From Rubripirellula sp. (lineage in GTDB: Bacteria > Planctomycetota > Planctomycetia > Pirellulales > Pirellulaceae), in contig OZ244207.1 of NCBI GenBank assembly GCA_965216875.1, forward strand, positions 8,128,001-8,192,000: DNA of 64,000 nucleotides, given 5' to 3'. The position numbers and the translations under genes are program-made. This document shows, piece by piece, positions 58,901 to 64,000 of the stretch. How positions within the stretch are numbered: position 1 is the first letter of the stretch; each line of letters starts with the position of its first letter. The notes beneath the pieces are model-generated. The model was not told the origin of the DNA and made no database searches. It saw only the letters and a program-made list of their open reading frames with translations.

Positions 58901-59276
58901 CGTGTCTTCGATTGCACAGTTGAATACTGACGTTACCAGTCTGATGTTTTCTCCGAATGGAAACACGCTATCGGCGACAATCGGCGGTGGTGCAATCCTA
59001 TTGTTCGACTATGGATCGCGCGAACTCATGAATGAGTTGACTGGCCACTCCAGTGATGCGATGTCAACCTCCTTCTCCCCTGATAGCCGCACATTGGTTT
59101 CGGGTTGTAGCGACGGAAAGATTCGTTTCTGGAACCTCGCGACGTTGCAACGCACGATTGCAATCCAAGGACATCCGCAACACATTCATTGCGTGCGATT
59201 CTCGCCTGATGGTTCGTCAGTCGCCTCGGCAAGCTGGGATGGGACGGTCCGCCTCTGGTCGGCGGCGGATCGATAA
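55908..59276 (+). CDS. Hanks-type Ser/Thr protein kinase with one predicted TM helix and C-terminal WD40 repeats
   Basis: GGMGVIY, VAIK, HRDIKPANIL, DFG and GTPGYLSPEQ; hydrophobic MLLTFVVAGFAVIW; many GH...WD/WN repeats. Confidence 0.95.
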   Translation: MSTADAEFYRRASEIFLKACDLDPDQRQALMRHECADDQMLEYVQSMIEQDAQLSSIPTETVPSIKQGDIATGWEGENDTLGIEPAEAFHASATSRNGSSLADYDNLKEIAHGGMGVIYRAHQRSLNRDVAIKMIRVRSHLSASDLERFQLEAEATAKLNHPNIVPIYEIGGHEGQPFFSMKLIEGGNLSNWLKQEHDLPSKVLLLIKTALAVHYAHQNGVLHRDIKPANILIDSSGEPHISDFGLAKQLDGDVELTITGQIMGTPGYLSPEQARGQNSTITTASDIYSLGAVLYEILIGQPPFKSDSMIETIRKIVDEAPQRPSQLNPSVDLDLETICLRCLEKSPTDRYASAEALASELQRWMRNEPILSRPITGSERLLKWARRKPALATLSSAMLLTFVVAGFAVIWKWRDAEYQRGEVVIQRQQTRKYLYIAHMNIVQQAWENGMVHEVRRLLDRHLPVEDEEDIRTFEWHFYDRLSRDVLNRASMDYGDIVTFVEASPNGDEIAATGNDHRIQIWDKQSAKRKYTLTPGLGRIERLHYSPDGKTLVGVGHRSFRVWRKSGGKLNDAFTGATEDRFLTKLSHDGRWIAAPIRGNSIQIWNTADPSDTHIVPVGGGGVIELQFLHDNIHFISASQDGAIKIWNVESATAVAEIHVSELPSSKGNLRSLAISSNDKSIAIAADNAISLYQLSPDFEWTLTREIGRLANTIESLIPVGDGGVFAVVAGEATTLWEFETGKQCGTIGDPTQFSAWFDSSAKSNQFATIGSGNAAHIWDPTTGNSVGKIQGHSNAVYAMDFVDDGSIVTGSRDHTIRVSNANSGEIASTFRGHEGWIWSVNYSMDGQLIASGSVDGKVKVWDLSSGTESWEVEASSRSIQFVIFSPDNRTLAAAGRDKIIRLIDIESRNVIGSLEDHHADVNSLSFSSDGRYLASGSNDRSVIVWDVANQSVKHRLDDCGGDVWAVAFAPDDQSIAFGGRNKQIQIWDLSKVESVPDAVSSIAQLNTDVTSLMFSPNGNTLSATIGGGAILLFDYGSRELMNELTGHSSDAMSTSFSPDSRTLVSGCSDGKIRFWNLATLQRTIAIQGHPQHIHCVRFSPDGSSVASASWDGTVRLWSAADR

Positions 59277-59303
59277 AAGACAGTGCCTCATGTTCGATCG
59301 ATC

Positions 59304-60383
59304 TTACGACCCAAGTGAAGTCCGCAACGCATCGCTGCCGCTGATGATGTCGATGGGCGGAAGTTTGGTTTCGTATTCGTAGGGTGGGTCGATCCAACGG
59401 AAGTCGTTGGGGTACAGGCGTGCGACCTGCGAGATGATTTCTACCGACGTTGCGTAGGGGCGAAACACGGTCGCATCGGTGACTTGCAGGGACAATCCTT
59501 CGCAAACTTGGCCGCTCCATTTGTCGAAGGTTGGTCGGAAGCGGATGGGCAGAAAGGTGACACCCTCAAGTTCAGTCGCCTGCAATGCGGCAAGCAAACG
59601 ATCCGAATCAATGAACGGTGCACCGACGATTTGAAACGGAATGGTCGTGCCTCGCCCCTCGGACAGATTGGTTCCTTCAAGAAGGACCTGCCCCGGATAG
59701 ACAAGGGTCGATTCAAAGGTCGGCAGGTTCGGAGAAGGAGGGATCCAAGCTCGACCCAATTCAGTCCAAAGGTCTTTGCGATTCCAGCCCGTCATCTCTG
59801 TGGTGGAGAGGTTGGCTCCGACTCCGAGTTCTTCGTTGAAGTAGGTCGCGAGCTCACCGATCGTTAGAGCATGTCGCATGGGAATCGAAGCGCCACCGAC
59901 AAAACTCTCGAATCCCGGGCGCAGTGGCGGTCCCTCGACAATCTCGCCGCCGATCGGGTTGGGACGATCAAGCACATGGACAGAGACTTCATGCGCTGCG
60001 CACGCCTTCATGCATTCCAGCAACGTCCAGACAAAGGTGTAGACGCGGGTGCCGACGTCTTGAAGATCAACCACGAGGCAATCGATGTCTCGTAGCATTC
60101 GCTCAGTGGGTCGCCGCGTTTCACTGTAAAGACTGTAGATTGGGACGCCAAGTTGCTCGTGGTGATCGTGGTCCGACTCAATCATGTTCGCTTGGGCGTC
60201 ACCCCAAAGGCCATGCTGTGGCGAAAAGAGCGCCGTCAGTTGGCGCGGCAACGCATCGTTGATCAAGTCGCATGCAAACCGAAGCTGGCGGTCGACCGAC
60301 GCGCGGTTCATCAGCACACCGATCCTCGCATCTCGCAGCTCGGGTGGCGGTTCGGCAACGAAGTTTTCCAGGCCAAGACGCAT
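59304..60383 (-). CDS. namZ: NamZ/DUF1343 family exo-beta-N-acetylmuramidase, no signal peptide
   Basis: LFSPQHG, YSLY, DLQDVGTRVYTF, LDRPNP, PSPNLPT and LEGTNLSEGRGT. Confidence 0.82.
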   Translation of the reverse strand: MRLGLENFVAEPPPELRDARIGVLMNRASVDRQLRFACDLINDALPRQLTALFSPQHGLWGDAQANMIESDHDHHEQLGVPIYSLYSETRRPTERMLRDIDCLVVDLQDVGTRVYTFVWTLLECMKACAAHEVSVHVLDRPNPIGGEIVEGPPLRPGFESFVGGASIPMRHALTIGELATYFNEELGVGANLSTTEMTGWNRKDLWTELGRAWIPPSPNLPTFESTLVYPGQVLLEGTNLSEGRGTTIPFQIVGAPFIDSDRLLAALQATELEGVTFLPIRFRPTFDKWSGQVCEGLSLQVTDATVFRPYATSVEIISQVARLYPNDFRWIDPPYEYETKLPPIDIISGSDALRTSLGS

Positions 60384-60424
60384 TTTGCGGCACACTTTGA
60401 TTGGTTAAGCAAGAACGGCTGGGA

Positions 60425-61633
60425 TTAGTAGATCAAGAAGGGTTGGCGACGCTTGATAAACGCGTCGAGCCGCGGTTGGTAGCCCAACTGGATCTCTTTG
60501 AATGACTGTCCTGCCTTGATCGCTTCGAACGTTCCTTGATTGCCAAGCAAGCGATTGAGCGACTTGGTTTCCCACTGATCCGGGTAGAGTTGGCGAAGGG
60601 TGGTCGCAATCACAATCCCGGTACGAATCGGATCGAAGGATTCGCGATCGGTCACAATCATGTTGATGCCGCCACACCGTTGGCCAGCGTATTTGCTGGC
60701 GTCGGGTTCGAAATAGAGCGGCACAAAACGAATGCCGGCTAACCGATGAGCGTTCAACGCTGCGGCAAGCGTGCGACTGTCAATCCAGGGCGAGCCCAAC
60801 ACTTCGAAGGGCGTGTCGGTACCGCGTCCGACCGAAAGGTTCGTCGTTTCAAGCAGTCCAATTCCCGGATAAAGAAACGCTTGGGTCAGATTGCGCATGT
60901 TCGGCGAAGGGTTGATCCAAACCATGCCTGTTTCGTCGAACGCCATTTCACGTTTCCAACCTTGGCAGTGAATCACACGCAGATCGAGGTCGAGATTCAT
61001 TTCGCTGCGAAACATCATCGCGATTTCGCCGATCGTCATTCCGTGACGGACCGCGATCGTGTGATAGCCAACGAACGATTCTTTGCCGGCGTCGAGAATG
61101 GGGCCACCGACAAGGGAGCCACCGATGGGGTTGGGGCGATCGAGGACGACGAACGTGATGTCATTTTTGGCCGCAGCACGCATCGCACCACCCATCGTCG
61201 AAATGTAGGTGTAAAACCGCGTGCCGATGTCTTGGATGTCAAAGACCAGCGTGTCAATTCCTTTCAGGCTCTCGTCGGTCGGGACGCGAGTCTTTCCGTA
61301 CAGGCTGATGATTTTCAAGCCTGTTTCGGTGTCCTGGTCGTCGTTGACGTTGGCTTGATCAAGCAGCCCGGCAAACCCGTGCTCTGGGCTGAACAGCGTC
61401 TTTAGGTGAACGTTGGACGCATCATGAAGGAGTTTTACGGTCGAGACTCCTTTGAGATTGACGCCGGTATGGTTCGTGATCAGCCCGACGTTGCGCCCCG
61501 AAAGCTGGCTGAACTTTTCTTGCTCCAAAACGTCGATTCCGGCCAGCACCGACGGATCCGAAGCAACGGCCGGGTGACTCGCTGAGACGATGGCAAACAT
61601 CGCCCAGAGAACTTGAAGCGGGAAGCGTGTCAT
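60425..61633 (-). CDS. namZ: NamZ/DUF1343 family exo-beta-N-acetylmuramidase with signal peptide
   Basis: GLITNHTG, LFSPEHG, DIQDIGTRFYTY, LDRPNP, RHGMTIGE, PSPNMR and SVGRGT; AVA cleavage site. Confidence 0.86.
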   Translation of the reverse strand: MTRFPLQVLWAMFAIVSASHPAVASDPSVLAGIDVLEQEKFSQLSGRNVGLITNHTGVNLKGVSTVKLLHDASNVHLKTLFSPEHGFAGLLDQANVNDDQDTETGLKIISLYGKTRVPTDESLKGIDTLVFDIQDIGTRFYTYISTMGGAMRAAAKNDITFVVLDRPNPIGGSLVGGPILDAGKESFVGYHTIAVRHGMTIGEIAMMFRSEMNLDLDLRVIHCQGWKREMAFDETGMVWINPSPNMRNLTQAFLYPGIGLLETTNLSVGRGTDTPFEVLGSPWIDSRTLAAALNAHRLAGIRFVPLYFEPDASKYAGQRCGGINMIVTDRESFDPIRTGIVIATTLRQLYPDQWETKSLNRLLGNQGTFEAIKAGQSFKEIQLGYQPRLDAFIKRRQPFLIY

Positions 61634-63126
61634 CACGATGGTTCCTCTGGTTTTAAGATGCGCCGCGACGTGATTCGGCTAGTGAACCAGCCAACGCCAA
61701 CGGTCGTTAGGCAGCCAACGACGGGGTACCACGGCCACGCGACGGACGTTTGGAATCGTAGAAAGGCGAGCGTGCCGATTGCCGTTCCGATGGCAACAAC
61801 GACACCAAATGCGTTCGCCGATTTTGTTGCAGCACCTAACAAAAAGACTCCCAGCAGAATCCCGGCTGTAAAACCAGCGATCGCCAATGCGTCGCCGACC
61901 ACACTCTTGGAAACGTAACTGGCGCCGATCCCGATGATGATCTGGACGACCCCGAAACAGATCGTGGCGACTCGGCTGGCTGCCAACAGTCGGCCGCTCG
62001 GTTTTTCGACATCGTCTGATTCGCTCTCACGTGCGATAAAGTCATTGACGACAGCTGCTGCGGACGAATTAAGCGAACTGGAAAGCGTTGACATGGCTGC
62101 TGCGAAAACGGCAGCGAGCGTCAAACCGACCAGTCCGATCGGCATGAAGTCGACGATGTAGCTCGCAAATACTTGATCGTTGTGCCGGAACGCTTGTGGC
62201 GAAACGATTGTGTAAAAAGCGGCAAGTGCGACACCGAGCAGCAGGAACAACGCGAACTGTACAAGGACAACAAGCCCGCTGGCGATGACGGCTTTTTTTG
62301 CGTCACGTTGACTGCGAGCGGACAGGTAACGCTGCACCATCATCTGGTCCGTTCCGTGTGTTCCCAATGTCAAAGCTGCGCCGCCAAGAAGTCCTGCCCA
62401 GAAGGTGTAGGGCTCACTCCAAAACGAAAACGATTCATTGGAAGAAACACGGAAATCGAAAACCTGGAATCGACCGGTCGATGTGCCAAACTCGATAAAC
62501 TGGTCCATGCCATTTGGGAGCGATCGAATCAACAGCGTTAGCGCGATGACCCCACCGATCATGTAGATCACAAGCTGCACGCAGTCACTCCAGATCACGG
62601 CCTTCATCCCGCCAAAGAAGGTGTAGACGATTGTGGCCAGCCCGATTGCGATGATCGCGTAATGCAATTCGATCCCGACGACCTTTTCGAGCGCGATTCC
62701 GGCAAGAAACAGGCGAAGACCGTCGCCAACGTTTCGTGCGACGAGAAACATCAAAGAGGCGACCTGTTTGACCGCGCCGCCAAAACGATGCTCAAGAACT
62801 TCGTAAGCTGTAAAGATCTTGCCGCGAAAATAAAGCGGCAACAGGATCGACGCGACTAGAATTCGACCAACGATATAGCCAAAGGTAAGCTGCAGAAAAC
62901 GCATGTCGCCCTCGGCGGCGAATGCGATACCAGGGACGCTAAGGAAAGTGGCTGTGCTTGTTTCCGTCGCGACGATGGAACCTAAAATGGCCCACCACGG
63001 AACGTCGCGTCCCCCAAGAAGGTAGCTCGACAGGTCTTGCTGGCCGCGCCCGATCCAGGCGCCGATCTGGACGGTCGCCAGCATGTACAACACGACGATC
63101 GTTGCGTCGATCCAATGAATCGCCAA
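61633..63126 (-). CDS. Sodium:solute symporter (SSS/SLC5), candidate amino-sugar transporter
   Basis: YLLGGRDVPWW, SIVATETS, TAYEVLEHRFG, GGMKAVIWSD, DQMMVQRYL and AAMSTLSSSLNS. Start placed at TTG 63126. Confidence 0.88.
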   Translation of the reverse strand: MAIHWIDATIVVLYMLATVQIGAWIGRGQQDLSSYLLGGRDVPWWAILGSIVATETSTATFLSVPGIAFAAEGDMRFLQLTFGYIVGRILVASILLPLYFRGKIFTAYEVLEHRFGGAVKQVASLMFLVARNVGDGLRLFLAGIALEKVVGIELHYAIIAIGLATIVYTFFGGMKAVIWSDCVQLVIYMIGGVIALTLLIRSLPNGMDQFIEFGTSTGRFQVFDFRVSSNESFSFWSEPYTFWAGLLGGAALTLGTHGTDQMMVQRYLSARSQRDAKKAVIASGLVVLVQFALFLLLGVALAAFYTIVSPQAFRHNDQVFASYIVDFMPIGLVGLTLAAVFAAAMSTLSSSLNSSAAAVVNDFIARESESDDVEKPSGRLLAASRVATICFGVVQIIIGIGASYVSKSVVGDALAIAGFTAGILLGVFLLGAATKSANAFGVVVAIGTAIGTLAFLRFQTSVAWPWYPVVGCLTTVGVGWFTSRITSRRILKPEEPS

Positions 63127-63175
63127 ATCAAGAAGTCCTTCAACGAGGGGATAGAATGAAGATTGTGAACAAGCG

Positions 63176-64000
63176 ATGACACCGAAACAACCGAACCACC
63201 TTGAGTCATTGACGACCGAAGCTCGAAATCCGGCCTCCGAAGCGATCGATTCGTTCTCGGCGACGCAGATCGTACGGTTGATGAACGAACAAGACGCTGG
63301 GGTGGCCTTGGCGGTCGGCCAGGAGGCGGACGCGATCGCGTTTGCGATCGATGCCATCGCAGCGCGGATGAGGCAGGGGGGCCGACTCATCTACACCGGC
63401 GCAGGGACGTCGGGTCGGCTCGGCGTGTTGGATGCAAGCGAATGCCCGCCCACCTTTAACACGCCGCCAGAAATGGTTGTTGGCGTCATCGCGGGAGGTC
63501 AACCTGCATTGACCACGGCGATCGAAGGCGCCGAGGACATCGCTGAAGACGGACGACGCGATCTCGAAGCCGTCGATGTTTCCGAGAGGGATGCTGTCGT
63601 TGGAATCGCAACCAGTGGGCGAACGCCCTATGTCATTGGCGCACTTCAATACGCCGGTCAAGTCGGCGCGGCGACGATTGGATTCAGCTGCAACGAGACC
63701 AGCGAGCTTGCGAAGCACTGCGAAATCGCCATCTGTCCGGTCGTTGGCCCCGAAGTGATCAGTGGCTCGACTCGTATGAAAGCGGGGACGGCAACAAAAA
63801 TGGTGCTGAACATGTTGACCACCGGCGCGATGATCCGGCTTGGCAAAACGTACGGGAACTTGATGGTCGATTTGCGGGCAACCAACGAAAAACTTGCGAT
63901 CCGGTCGCGCCGAATCGTTTGTGAAATGACGGGGCTTGATGCAGAGGACGCGCAACGATTGTTGGATCGTTGTGATGGCGAGTTGAAAACCGCAATCGTT
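63176..64000 (+). CDS. murQ: N-acetylmuramic acid 6-phosphate etherase (3' end off the window)
   Basis: Not in the ORF track. Manual translation gives [19 protein letters not shown]...[26 protein letters not shown]...[24 protein letters not shown]...[13 protein letters not shown]. Confidence 0.95.
   Translation, partial: MTPKQPNHLESLTTEARNPASEAIDSFSATQIVRLMNEQDAGVALAVGQEADAIAFAIDAIAARMRQGGRLIYTGAGTSGRLGVLDASECPPTFNTPPEMVVGVIAGGQPALTTAIEGAEDIAEDGRRDLEAVDVSERDAVVGIATSGRTPYVIGALQYAGQVGAATIGFSCNETSELAKHCEIAICPVVGPEVISGSTRMKAGTATKMVLNMLTTGAMIRLGKTYGNLMVDLRATNEKLAIRSRRIVCEMTGLDAEDAQRLLDRCDGELKTAIV

Noticed and set aside
30218..59303. Giant gene / ECF / kinase block as a mobile element or prophage
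   Set aside because: No integrase, transposase, tRNA or flanking direct repeats were seen; the phage-like modules are internal protein repeats only.
63127..63955. Minus-strand 249-aa ORF and the long symporter N-terminal extension
   Set aside because: Both are antisense to murQ, which is clearly the real gene.

Overview
This 64-kb bacterial window is almost certainly from a planctomycete (Pirellulaceae-like). The evidence is the DUF1552/DUF1592 pair, an LEPR-XLL-type N-terminal motif, a TIGR02999-type ECF sigma factor next to a Ser/Thr kinase, and intergenic palindromic repeats. Positions 1-30 kb hold a LacI-regulated nucleoside/ribose uptake operon with a candidate operator, a TatD/EboB-like hydrolase, an SLC12-like transporter, the DUF1552 and PSD-cytochrome pair, fxsA, a ThuA-like protein, a lipase, a VWA protein, a CPBP protease, argC, a GlmU-like protein, thiC with a TPP riboswitch and a DUF418 protein. 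Positions 30-59 kb hold a three-gene module: a ~8,190-aa mosaic surface protein, a divergent ECF43-like sigma factor and a WD40 Ser/Thr kinase. The identical bipartite motif CCTCCC-N14-TCGTGCGT lies upstream of both the giant gene and the kinase. This suggests a self-contained, phosphorylation-gated circuit controlling the giant protein, and it is the best candidate for a new system here. Positions 59-64 kb hold a MurNAc/peptidoglycan salvage cluster: two NamZ paralogues, a sodium:solute symporter and murQ, which runs off the window. All family calls come from motif recognition by eye; no database searches were run.
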